A stretch of 33,258 bases of DNA from Actinomycetota bacterium (GTDB lineage Bacteria; Actinomycetota; Actinomycetes; S36-B12; UBA10799). Of this stretch, positions 7,880 to 17,179 are shown piece by piece. The DNA lies in assembly GCA_030837445.1 (NCBI GenBank), contig JAUPKM010000007.1, positions 1 to 33,258 of the forward strand, read 5' to 3'. The notes under the pieces are model-generated. The model saw only the letters and a program-made list of their open reading frames with translations, searched no databases and was not told the origin of the DNA. Both the position numbers and the translations under genes were made by a program. Numbering within the stretch: position 1 is the stretch's first letter; every line of letters begins with the position of its first letter.

Positions 7880-9403
7880 CTAGTTGGCTGCGGTGGATCG
7901 CCGCAGCAGCCAGTAGCCCACGAAGCCCACCAATAGGCAGACCAGACCGGCGCCGACCATCGTGATGTGGAACGCCTCGTGGTACGAGGTGTTGGCCTGC
8001 GAAAGCGCCTGCCGACCCAGCTCCGTACTGGGGTGAGTGCCAGTGGACCCGAAGGCCGTGACCGCATCGAGGCCGGTACCGACTTGGCTGGGCGGCACGC
8101 CGGCCGCTGTGAGTCGCTCAACGGTGCCGCCCAAGGTGAGTTTGTCGATGCTGAGAGTGGCTGCAGCGATGCCGATGGCATAGGCGAACTGGCCGATCGT
8201 GGTGCGCGATGAGGTGACCGGGCCGTAGTACTCCGCAGGCGCCGTCCCGATGATCAGACTGCCGAACGGAAGTGAGGCGATGACGGTGCCAGCACCGATC
8301 AGGAGCAGTGCAGGGAGGAAGGTCCAGAAGGATCCGCCGCGATGCACGAGCAGTAGGGAGAAGAAGCCCAAGGCTGTCAGGGCAGTGCCGAGCAGCACCG
8401 CGTTCGCATTCGCGAGGCCGTTTGACATCCAGCGTCCGACCAGCAGGGCCCCGATGATGCCCGTGGCCAGATAGGGCAATTGGGCCAGCGTCACCTGCAG
8501 CGCGCCGAATTCGCCGATGTACTGCCAGATGTTTGCCAACTGCAGGAAGGAGGCTGATTGGCCGAAGTTATAGACGAAGCCCGCACAGAGGGCGCCGATG
8601 AACACCGGATTGCGGAAAAGTCGGACCGGGTAGAACGCATTGGACCGATACCGCTGGGACAGGAAGAACGCCACCAACAGCAGGATTCCGACCAGCAAAG
8701 GGATCCAGGTCAGTGGTTTGGTGACGCCGGCCGCCGCGTGGCTCAAGCCGTAGAGGGTGCCGATGACGCCGAATCCCAGCAGCAGTTGCCCCAGAACGTC
8801 GCTCTTGCCCTGGTCGACCGGACTCTGCTCGGGCAGCAGTTTCGGGACGAACAGCATCCCGAGTAGAGACACGGCCGGGACCAACAGGAACGCCAGCCGC
8901 CAGTTCTGCGACGTCAGGATTCCGCCGACGAAACTCATCCCGACCATCGCCACCGCGCCGGCGGCGGTGAAGACGCCGACCGCGGCCGCCAATCGGCCCG
9001 GTCTCGCGAGCACGTTGACGTAGGCGAAGGCGGCTCCGTAGACGGCACCCAACCCCACGCCGGCGAGTCCGCGGCCGATGGCGTAGATGGTGAACCCGGG
9101 GGCCAGCGCCACCACGACATCGCCCACGACTGAGAGAGCCAGAGCTGCGAGTAGGACCCGGCGACGTCCCAACCGATCGGCCAGCAGGCCCGTCGAGATG
9201 ACGGTGGCGGCCATCATGATCGTGAAGATGCTGGCCGCAATAGACGTCTGCCCGCTGGTCATCTGCAACCCGCGGCTGGCAGAGACGAGCGCGGTCGCTG
9301 CGATGTTGGGGTCCGATGCCTGGACCCCGGACAGCAGACCGACGAAGACGACGGCCGCTGCGGAGGTTTCCCCGGTGGTGGAGACTGAGGTGTCGGCGCT
9401 CAC
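7880..9403 (-). CDS. MFS transporter (14-TMS DHA2-like)
   Basis: Motif A GLLADRLGRRRVL and many hydrophobic helices. Start chosen at GTG9403 (TAGTTT 7 nt upstream) to avoid overlap with the cyclase. Confidence 0.88.
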   Translation of the reverse strand: MSADTSVSTTGETSAAAVVFVGLLSGVQASDPNIAATALVSASRGLQMTSGQTSIAASIFTIMMAATVISTGLLADRLGRRRVLLAALALSVVGDVVVALAPGFTIYAIGRGLAGVGLGAVYGAAFAYVNVLARPGRLAAAVGVFTAAGAVAMVGMSFVGGILTSQNWRLAFLLVPAVSLLGMLFVPKLLPEQSPVDQGKSDVLGQLLLGFGVIGTLYGLSHAAAGVTKPLTWIPLLVGILLLVAFFLSQRYRSNAFYPVRLFRNPVFIGALCAGFVYNFGQSASFLQLANIWQYIGEFGALQVTLAQLPYLATGIIGALLVGRWMSNGLANANAVLLGTALTALGFFSLLLVHRGGSFWTFLPALLLIGAGTVIASLPFGSLIIGTAPAEYYGPVTSSRTTIGQFAYAIGIAAATLSIDKLTLGGTVERLTAAGVPPSQVGTGLDAVTAFGSTGTHPSTELGRQALSQANTSYHEAFHITMVGAGLVCLLVGFVGYWLLRRSTAAN

Positions 9404-9440
9404 CCGAGGGAAACTAGCAGGGTCCGCCGTGTCCAGGGTG

Positions 9441-11534
9441 CTATCGGTCAACCGCGGGATCGTAACTGACCGTGCGATTGCGTCCGGTGCGCTTGGCCCG
9501 GTACAGGGCCCGATCCGCGCGCTGAAGTACTTGGTCGGCCTTATCACCGGGTTCGGCCAGCGCAATCCCGATGCTGACGGTGACGGGGATCGCCTGCTCC
9601 TCGACGGCGACCGGTTCGATCAGGGCCTGCTGAATTTTGGCGGCGACCGCCTGCGCGTCGGCGACGGCGCGCACCGCGGGCAGCGCCACGGTGAATTCGT
9701 CGCCGCCGATGCGGGCGACCAGATCATCGGCTCGGACATGGCCACAGACCCGGCGCGAAACCTCCACCAGCACCGCGTCGCCGGCGGCGTGGCCGAAGGT
9801 GTCATTGATCGCCTTGAACTCGTCGAAGTCGATGAATAGCAACGCCAGTCGAGTGCCGACCGGCGCCGGCCGGGCCAGCACACCTTCGATCCGGGCCAGC
9901 AGCTCGTGCCTGTTCGCAACCGAGGTCAGGACATCGTGGCTGGCCAGGAATTGCAGACCTTGCTGCGCCTGGCGTGCGGTTGTGACGTCGACGTATTGGG
10001 AGACGTAGGACAGTGGCGTACCATCCTCGTCGCGCAGCAGCCCGACCGAGTGCTCCACCCACATCTCGCGACCGTCCGCGGCGAAGACCCGATGCTCGTC
10101 GCGGGCAGAGGCAGCCCGGCTGGACCGCACTGCCGCGCGCAGCTGCTGGTCGAGCGCGTCATCCTCGGGGTGCAGGACGTCGGTCACTCGCATCGACAGC
10201 AGCTCGGCCTCCGTCCGACCCAGCATCCGGCAGAGGGCGGGGTTGACCTCCAGGAACCGGCGGTCCAAATCGAGCACCGCCATTCCGGTGGGCGCGGACT
10301 CCATCGCCAACCGGAACCGCTGCTCGCTGTGGGCCAGCGCCAACTGCGCTTTCACCTCGGCGTCGATGTCCTGAAAGCCGCTGATTCGCGCCACCAAGGC
10401 GCCGTCGGCGCCGAGAATCGGGGTCGAGATCTGGGAGAGCCACCGATAGCTACCATCGGCGCAGAGTAGCCGTGCCCGCCCCGAGACTGTCTCTCCGGCG
10501 GCACCCCGGGCGGCGACCTCCGCTGCCTGCGAGACATCGCTCGGGTGGAAGAAGTCGAATCCGCTATGCCCGACGACCTCCTCTGGTCGCCAGCCGAGAA
10601 TCCTCGTCACCGACGGGGAGATCCAGTCGACGATGAAATCCCCGACAGTCCGCAGCGTGAAGTCCGAGGATTCCTCGGCAACCAGCCGGAAGTGCTCCTG
10701 GGAGGCGGCCAACTCCTGCTCGGTCTCTACTTGGCTCGTGACATCGCGAGCAGAGCAGACCACGCTGGCCAACGATCCGTCGTCGGCCCAGAGCAGCCGA
10801 ACGGTGGTATCCACCCAGACGACTCGACCGTCTCCGCGGACCGACTGGGAACGATGCCGCAGTTCGTGGCGCCCGACTCGAAGAGCCTCCTCGACCGCCG
10901 CCACAACCGCCCGCCGATCCTCTGCGGTACTGAGCCAGAATCGGGTGCCGACGACCTCCTCGGGGTTCCAGCCGAAGACGGTCTGCAGCGAGGGGGAGGC
11001 CCAGCGCAGAATGCCGTTGCCGTCGAAGTGCAGCACCGCGTCGCCGACGTTGTCGAGCACCAACCGCAACCTCTCCTCCGATCGGGAGAGTTCCTGTTCG
11101 GCGATCCGCACGGCCGTAATGTCGTGCAGTGTTCCTTCGAGTGCGACCGAAGCGTCCTGTCGGATCCGCCGGCGGACGCTTGCCTGGGTCCAGACTGGAC
11201 GGCCGTCGCGGTGCCGCCAGCGGAGCTCGAACTCGGCGTCCTGATCTGGTTCGCCGGAGATCAGGGCGGTCAGTTTGTCGCGGTCAGCAGGATGGATCAG
11301 GCGTCGGATCAGCGCGGGATCGGTCAGGAATTCGGCGACTCCGAGTCCACCCCAGGTGGAAATTGCGTCGCTGACGAACTCCACCGCCAGATCGGGTGCG
11401 ATTCGCACGACGAAGAAGATGTCACCGGTGCGTTCCGCCAACTCCCGGAACCAGCCGTCGCGGCCGTCCGCGCTGGGCTGTGAGATTTCCACACCCGCCA
11501 CCTCCGATCGCGCCCCACCGACTGCCTCCACCAT
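9441..11534 (-). CDS. Diguanylate cyclase with four PAS/PAC domains
   Basis: Repeated PAS units (IHPADR, FHPSDV, LHPEDD, DVT/DIT ends), HDVLTSVANR, FKAINDTFGHAAGD and I-site RADD followed by RIGGDEF. Start may be ATG11534 or further upstream. Confidence 0.92.
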   Translation of the reverse strand: MVEAVGGARSEVAGVEISQPSADGRDGWFRELAERTGDIFFVVRIAPDLAVEFVSDAISTWGGLGVAEFLTDPALIRRLIHPADRDKLTALISGEPDQDAEFELRWRHRDGRPVWTQASVRRRIRQDASVALEGTLHDITAVRIAEQELSRSEERLRLVLDNVGDAVLHFDGNGILRWASPSLQTVFGWNPEEVVGTRFWLSTAEDRRAVVAAVEEALRVGRHELRHRSQSVRGDGRVVWVDTTVRLLWADDGSLASVVCSARDVTSQVETEQELAASQEHFRLVAEESSDFTLRTVGDFIVDWISPSVTRILGWRPEEVVGHSGFDFFHPSDVSQAAEVAARGAAGETVSGRARLLCADGSYRWLSQISTPILGADGALVARISGFQDIDAEVKAQLALAHSEQRFRLAMESAPTGMAVLDLDRRFLEVNPALCRMLGRTEAELLSMRVTDVLHPEDDALDQQLRAAVRSSRAASARDEHRVFAADGREMWVEHSVGLLRDEDGTPLSYVSQYVDVTTARQAQQGLQFLASHDVLTSVANRHELLARIEGVLARPAPVGTRLALLFIDFDEFKAINDTFGHAAGDAVLVEVSRRVCGHVRADDLVARIGGDEFTVALPAVRAVADAQAVAAKIQQALIEPVAVEEQAIPVTVSIGIALAEPGDKADQVLQRADRALYRAKRTGRNRTVSYDPAVDR

Positions 11535-11610
11535 CCCAGCCTCTCGCTCGTTTCGCTGGCCGGAGGTAATGGCTGAACTCGTTGTCGCCCGCACCCGTCA
11601 TACTGACCCG

Positions 11611-12339
11611 ATGCTCGGCACGCTTCGCAACTACACCACAGGGCTGTACCTGATCACGGCGATCTGCGGACTGCTCGATGCCGTCTGCTTCCTCGCCCTC
11701 GGTGGCGTCTTCGCCGAGATCATGACCGGCAATCTGCTGCTCATGGCGTTCACGTTCGGAGCTGGCGACCCTGTCGAGGACACCACCAAGTTCATGTTGC
11801 CGCTGGCCGCCTTCACCCTCGGCGCCTTGGGCGGCGGTCGGTTACTGCGGGGATCCGCGCAGGTCCGGGAGCGTCGTCTCGGGTTCGCGTTCGAATGGCT
11901 GCTGATTGTGGCGACGGTTGTCATCTCGGCGGTGGCGAGTCCCGATGACAGGAACGGGGTCGGGCTGCTGGTCGTGGCGCTGCTGGCATTCGCGATGGGC
12001 ATCCAGAATGCCATGGTTCGAGTCCATGGCATTCCCGATCTGGCGACCAACGTGATGACCCTCACCCTGACTGCGGTCATCGCCGACTCCCGACCGGCGG
12101 GTGGCGACAGCCGCAATTGGCGCCGCCGGGCTCTGTCCATCAGTTTGTTCGTCGTCAGCGCCGCGGTGGGCGCCTACCTGCTGAGATTCGACGTGCTGTG
12201 GCCGCTGCTGCTGGCGGCTGTCATCTTCTCGGTGGCACTGGTGCCTCTGATCGGTGGAACGCGCCCGGAATCGGTCGGTCGAAGCGGGCCCGACGCCATT
12301 TTCCCGGCAGACGGTGGTGGAGCTCCGGGCAACCAGTAG
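11611..12339 (+). CDS. YoaK/DUF1275 family membrane protein
   Basis: GLLDAVCFLALGGVFAEIMTGN and AFAMGIQNA...TNVMTLTLT are family motifs. CATACT lies 6 nt before the ATG. Confidence 0.88.
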   Translation: MLGTLRNYTTGLYLITAICGLLDAVCFLALGGVFAEIMTGNLLLMAFTFGAGDPVEDTTKFMLPLAAFTLGALGGGRLLRGSAQVRERRLGFAFEWLLIVATVVISAVASPDDRNGVGLLVVALLAFAMGIQNAMVRVHGIPDLATNVMTLTLTAVIADSRPAGGDSRNWRRRALSISLFVVSAAVGAYLLRFDVLWPLLLAAVIFSVALVPLIGGTRPESVGRSGPDAIFPADGGGAPGNQ

Positions 12340-12378
12340 GGTTCGACCCACTGTCCAGTCGAGCGGAAGGCACTTGGG

Positions 12379-13974
12379 ATGGCGCGTAACGGGAGAATCT
12401 CGGTGGCAGTGATTGGTGTCACGGCTGCGGCGGTCGCCTTGGCCGGGTGCTCGAGTTCGGCGAACAACCAGACCAGTCCGAGTACGAGCACCAGTTCGAT
12501 ACCTGGGCTGAGCCAGCAGGTGGTCGACGTCATGAACTCACCGCCGTACTCCCACGCGACCTGGGCGATCTCGGTCACCGACGCGGCCTCCGGTGAGGCG
12601 TTGGTCAACTACAACACGGGCGCGTTCCTGGAACCGGCGTCGGTGACGAAGACCTACAGCGTCGGTGGAGGCTGGCTGCAGTTCGGCCCCGATTCCCGGA
12701 TTGTGACGCCGGTGGTGCGCACCGGTACGGTGACCGACGGACAGCTCGCGGGCGACCTCATCCTGGTCGCCAAGGGTGACATCACGATGGGTGGCCAGAC
12801 CGGGGCCGACGGCAAGGTGGTGTTCACCAACCTTGACCACAATGATGCCAACGCGATCCCGGGCGCGACCATCGCCGACAACAATCCGCTCGCCGGGTTG
12901 GACAAACTGGCCCAGCAGGTGAAGGCCTCCGGGATCGCCAATGTCAGCGGCCGAGTCGAGGTGGACGACAGGCTGTTCGTGACGAAGGATCTCGGTGAGG
13001 AGGACGGTCCGGTCTCGCCTATTGTGATCAACAACAACTTGATCGACATCGTCACCACGCCCGGACAGCCGGGCCAACCCTCCACCTTCAAGATGCGGCC
13101 AGAGGTCGCTCCGTGGACGGTCGACAACAAGGTGACGACGGTGCCGGCCGGTGGGGCCACAAAGATCGCGGTCACATCGACCAGGAACGGCGTCATCACC
13201 ACCACCGGCACCATCGCAGCCGACAGTCCGCCGACGCTGAACGTCTGGCATCTCACCGACCCGGCGACCTTCGCCCGGACTGCCTTCATCGAGGCGTTGC
13301 AGCGGGCCGGAGTGACAGTTTCCGCGTCACCTACGAAGGTCAATACCGTCGCCGGGCTGGGGTCGGAGGCCGAGATCGCCAAACTGCCGAAGGCGGCCAC
13401 GCTGGAGGGGCTCAGCTACGACCAGAACGCCACCTACATCCTGAAGATCAGCTACAACCGAGGCGCGCAGACGCAGGTGTGCCTGCTTGCGGTGGCGGCC
13501 GGCAGCAAGGATTGCGACGACGGCTTCCCGCAACTGGCCAAGGTGCTGTCCAAGGCGGGGATCGATCCGCTGCAGGCCTCCCTCATCGACGGCTCCGGGC
13601 TGCCGGGGAACTTCATCACCGCGGCCAGCGAAAGCCAACTCCAACGGGTGTTCGCGGCTCGCCCGGACGCGGCCGCATGGCGCGCGGCGCTGCCGACGAT
13701 GGGTGTCGACGGCTCGATCGCCACTGTCCAGGTCGACAGCCCTGCGAAGGGGAAGGTGTCTGCGAAGACCGGCACGTTGGGCGCCGCCGACCTGCTCAAC
13801 AGCCGGCTGCGGCTGGAGACGAAGGCGTTGGGTGGCTACATCACGGCCAAGTCGGGCCGCGAGTTGACGGTCACGATCATCATGAATCAGGCCATGTTCA
13901 GCGATATCCAGGGTGTGTTTGCGGCGAATGAGGATCTGGGCAAGATCGCGACCAGCATCTGGGAGGCCTACTAG
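12379..13974 (+). CDS. dacB: D-alanyl-D-alanine carboxypeptidase/endopeptidase, peptidase S13 (PBP4 class), lipoprotein
   Basis: Lipobox LAGC, SxxK (PASVTK), SxN (SYN), DGSGL and KTG (AKTGT). Confidence 0.88.
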   Translation: MARNGRISVAVIGVTAAAVALAGCSSSANNQTSPSTSTSSIPGLSQQVVDVMNSPPYSHATWAISVTDAASGEALVNYNTGAFLEPASVTKTYSVGGGWLQFGPDSRIVTPVVRTGTVTDGQLAGDLILVAKGDITMGGQTGADGKVVFTNLDHNDANAIPGATIADNNPLAGLDKLAQQVKASGIANVSGRVEVDDRLFVTKDLGEEDGPVSPIVINNNLIDIVTTPGQPGQPSTFKMRPEVAPWTVDNKVTTVPAGGATKIAVTSTRNGVITTTGTIAADSPPTLNVWHLTDPATFARTAFIEALQRAGVTVSASPTKVNTVAGLGSEAEIAKLPKAATLEGLSYDQNATYILKISYNRGAQTQVCLLAVAAGSKDCDDGFPQLAKVLSKAGIDPLQASLIDGSGLPGNFITAASESQLQRVFAARPDAAAWRAALPTMGVDGSIATVQVDSPAKGKVSAKTGTLGAADLLNSRLRLETKALGGYITAKSGRELTVTIIMNQAMFSDIQGVFAANEDLGKIATSIWEAY

Positions 13975-14010
13975 CAGCGGGCGCCAGTGTCGTCGACGTA
14001 GACTCCGGCT

Positions 14011-14937
14011 GTGGAGAGGTCCGAACAACCGGTGGTAGCTCCGACGCCGCTGACCCAACAGCAGACCGAACTGGTGCGCACCCGGGTGCGGCTGCTGATC
14101 GAGATCACGGCGAAGGTCGGCACCTACCGGAAGGGATTGTTGGCGGCGGCTCAACGGCTCAGCCCGGAGGAGGCCGCGATCATCACGGACCTCGCCCACC
14201 ACGGGCTGCAGGTGCCACAACTCCGCGATGTCCTGTGTGGCGGCCATGTGCTGGTCGACGACCCGGACCTGTACGACGCTTGGCGGTTCGCCGGGGTCAG
14301 TCACGACCGCATCTCCAGCCATCACCGGACCGTCGACAAGACCAAGTATCCGGACATCGGGATGCGAGGCCCAGTCGTCCGGGAGAAGCTGCATGGCCGA
14401 ACTGCGCAGGGGACCTGGGTTCAGCTGGAGAAGACGCCTGCCGCGATGGGTAAGGGTAAGAAGCTGCCGACGATGTCCGATGTCAGACACCTGATGGACT
14501 ACATCGTGTACCGAATCACCCGCAGCAATGTTGGGCCGTGGGGGTTGTCCAAGGTCACCGAGCGGCGCCCGCTGTACCTGTCCCCAGGACTAGCCGTGGC
14601 GGTCGGGGTACCGGCCGGTGTCGCCGACTCTGTCCGCGCCACCCTGCACCGGTTGGAGGATGATGACGACGTCACCTCCGCCTCGCAGGATCTGGCTCAC
14701 AGGTTCCCACCGCCAGATCGGGTGGATCCACTTGCCGAGATCGGCGGTACGTTGAGCGGCCGAGCTGGTCGCGGGCTGTTCGGCAACTCTGATGTCTGGG
14801 TGACCGAGACGCCTGCGCGAGTCGCCGCCGCCATCCTGGCAGATTCAGGGGTACGTCCCCGAACCCTCGACCTGAGCCAATCAGTCGCGGCCCCGGCGGC
14901 GACGAAGTCCGACACTGAAGAGGCAACCGATGAGTGA
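14011..14937 (+). CDS. Hypothetical protein with an enzyme-like core
   Basis: 308-aa ORF with GC-rich third codon positions and TAGACT 6 nt before the GTG. Its stop overlaps the next start. No family recognised. Confidence 0.75.
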   Translation: MERSEQPVVAPTPLTQQQTELVRTRVRLLIEITAKVGTYRKGLLAAAQRLSPEEAAIITDLAHHGLQVPQLRDVLCGGHVLVDDPDLYDAWRFAGVSHDRISSHHRTVDKTKYPDIGMRGPVVREKLHGRTAQGTWVQLEKTPAAMGKGKKLPTMSDVRHLMDYIVYRITRSNVGPWGLSKVTERRPLYLSPGLAVAVGVPAGVADSVRATLHRLEDDDDVTSASQDLAHRFPPPDRVDPLAEIGGTLSGRAGRGLFGNSDVWVTETPARVAAAILADSGVRPRTLDLSQSVAAPAATKSDTEEATDE

Positions 14938-15685
14938 GTCCACTGGGAGTTCGGCGACTGCGAATGATGGATCGGTTCCAGCCGCCTCCGTCCCGGAGGG
15001 GCTGGTCGCCGCAGTTGTCCACCTGGTGAGCACCGGTCCGGTGCCTCTCGGGGCCTACACCCTCGCGGAGTTGACCGCCGTGGATGCGGTGGTCGACTTT
15101 CTCGAGGTCAGGCCGTCGGATGAGGTGTTGGCGGAGGCGGTTCGTTCGCTGGCGGCGCGACAGCTGCTGGTCGCCGCCGCTGATGGTCAGGTCCAGGTAC
15201 GCGGTGATCTCGGTATCGCGCTGGCCTTCCAGCAGCGGGCCCGGACCGTGCTCGATGCCCGCACCACCGGTTCCCAGCCCGGCGAACCTTGGCGAATTCT
15301 GCTACTTCCGCAACCCGAGGGGATCACCTTGGAGGTGCACATCGATGCCCTCGGTGTGCACGAATTGTGGCTCTATCAGACCACCGATGCATTGGAGCGG
15401 ACCGCGGAGTGGCTGCCCGGGGGAGAGCACGTCGAGCTGGGCGGCAGCACGGACCCAGAGGAGGTGCTGGCTAGCGCTGACCGGAGCGCTCTGATCACCG
15501 CGGTGCGCTACTCGGCGCAAGGGACAGCCGAAGTCGCCGACGAGACCCGCGACCTGGTGATCGCCGTCCGGGACGGCCGACAGTACTTCTTCACCCGCGA
15601 TCAGCAGAACCCGGCGAAACTGGTAGCGACCGAGTCAGTCGGGGACGATGCCAAGGAAATCCTCCAACTCCTGCTGGCCCGGTAG
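14930..15685 (+). CDS. Hypothetical acidic protein (weak EspG-like appearance)
   Basis: 251-aa ORF overlapping the upstream gene by 8 nt, with GAGG upstream. Function is inference only. Confidence 0.72.
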   Translation: MSESTGSSATANDGSVPAASVPEGLVAAVVHLVSTGPVPLGAYTLAELTAVDAVVDFLEVRPSDEVLAEAVRSLAARQLLVAAADGQVQVRGDLGIALAFQQRARTVLDARTTGSQPGEPWRILLLPQPEGITLEVHIDALGVHELWLYQTTDALERTAEWLPGGEHVELGGSTDPEEVLASADRSALITAVRYSAQGTAEVADETRDLVIAVRDGRQYFFTRDQQNPAKLVATESVGDDAKEILQLLLAR

Positions 15686-15695
15686 CCGCTTCGAC

Positions 15696-16403
15696 ATGAC
15701 ACTTGAACTCTATGACCAGGACCCCGGCACGGTGCTCGCGATCGTCGCCCACCCCGATGACCTGGAATATGGTGCGGCCGCCGCGGTCTCGATGTGGACA
15801 ACCGCGGGCAACCGGGTGGACTACCTACTTGTCACCAGGGGGGAGGCCGGGATTGACACTCTGGCACCGGTCGAATCTGCTCGTGTCCGAGAGCTCGAGC
15901 AACGGGCGAGTGCGGCGATCGTTGGCGTCACCGACGTCGAGTTCCTGGACTACCCGGACGGGGTCGTGGAGTACGGCACCGGACTCCGACGGGAGTTGGC
16001 AGCGGCCATCCGCCGCTACCGGCCCGACACATTGCTCTTGTTCAACCATCGAGACTCCTGGGGGTTCCCGGGCAGTCGGAACACTGCCGATCATCGCCAT
16101 GTCGGCCAGGCTGCGCTCGACGCGGCATCCGATGCGGGTAACCGCTGGATCTTCACCGACCTCGGACTTCCGCCACATGCCGTGGCCAGGTGTTTGGTCG
16201 CTGGCTCCCCGCTGGCCGCCCACGCTGTCGATGTCAGCGGGCAGTTGGATGTCGCCGTGGCATCGTTGCGCGCTCATGGCTCCTACCTGGAGGCATTGGG
16301 CGACCATCCGATGGCAGATCCCGAATTCGTCCGGGCATACTGCGAGCAGGCTGGTGTCCGAGCGGGCGTGGCCGCGGCGGTGCCGGTAGAACTGTTCGGA
16401 TAG
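15696..16403 (+). CDS. PIG-L family deacetylase
   Basis: AHPDDLE, VTRGEAG, RELEQRASAAIVGV and ADHRHVG metal-binding motifs. Confidence 0.9.
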   Translation: MTLELYDQDPGTVLAIVAHPDDLEYGAAAAVSMWTTAGNRVDYLLVTRGEAGIDTLAPVESARVRELEQRASAAIVGVTDVEFLDYPDGVVEYGTGLRRELAAAIRRYRPDTLLLFNHRDSWGFPGSRNTADHRHVGQAALDAASDAGNRWIFTDLGLPPHAVARCLVAGSPLAAHAVDVSGQLDVAVASLRAHGSYLEALGDHPMADPEFVRAYCEQAGVRAGVAAAVPVELFG

Positions 16404-16459
16404 AACACGGAAGGTCACAACGGCCCGACGCAGGCGGGCGAGGGGCGGTCGAGGTCGAG

Positions 16460-16903
16460 ATGAACGATCGGAGTGCAGCCGAAATTGTGGCGGAGTACGC
16501 GCTGGCGCCGCACCCGGAGGGCGGCTGGTTCCGCGAGACTTTCCGTGCGTCGGCATCCCTCGGTGAACGTCCGGCGAGCACCTCAATCCTGTTTCTGCTG
16601 GGAGCCGGTGAGAACAGCCACTGGCACCGGGTGGATGCGGACGAGCACTGGCTGTTCCACGCCGGCGATCCGCTGGCCCTGCAGATAGTCACCGCTGACG
16701 GCGGAATCGACGCGCTGATCGGCAATGACCCAGGTCTATCCCCGCAGGCGGTTGTGCCCGCTGGCGCCTGGCAGGCGGCAAGGTCCACAGGCAGGTGGAG
16801 CCTGGTCGGCTGCGTCGTGGCGCCGGGGTTCGATTTCGCTGGCTTCGAGTTGGCGGAGCCCGGCTGGCAGCCAAGCGTGCTGCGCGACCTGCCCGAAGGC
16901 TGA
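16460..16903 (+). CDS. Cupin (DUF985/Cupin_5 family)
   Basis: LAPHPEGGWFRETFR, TSILFLL, SHWHRV, QAVVPAGAWQAA and LVGCVVAPGFDF. Confidence 0.9.
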   Translation: MNDRSAAEIVAEYALAPHPEGGWFRETFRASASLGERPASTSILFLLGAGENSHWHRVDADEHWLFHAGDPLALQIVTADGGIDALIGNDPGLSPQAVVPAGAWQAARSTGRWSLVGCVVAPGFDFAGFELAEPGWQPSVLRDLPEG

Positions 16904-17011
16904 CCGGCCTAGGCGTCAGAAGACCTCGAGGAACAGCCAAGGTTCGTTGACGCCCGGGGTGATCTGCCTCACCCGTCAGGCATGAATCATCCACAGCTAC
17001 GGCTGGCGGAG

Positions 17012-17041
17012 TTGTGAGGCGGGTGAATCCCCACCTACCGT
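17012..17041 (+). promoter_or_regulatory. Putative sigma-70-type promoter of the rpf-like gene
   Basis: TTGTGA-N18-TACCGT, implying a leader of about 130 nt. Confidence 0.45.
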
Positions 17042-17179
17042 CATAGACAGATCCAGCGGTGACCGATCCAGATGGCACCGCATGGGCCGGGCGTAAACCG
17101 CCCAGTGTTCGCCCCTGAGACCACCCTGCGCCGTGCCTTTAGCGGTCGTGTGCGAGGGGACCAACGACAAAGGATTCTC

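Noticed and set aside
16960-17040. c-di-AMP (ydaO) riboswitch upstream of rpf
   Set aside because: GGGTGAATCC and ACCCGTCAG fragments are present but in the wrong order, lack the other conserved elements, and lie at or upstream of the predicted promoter.
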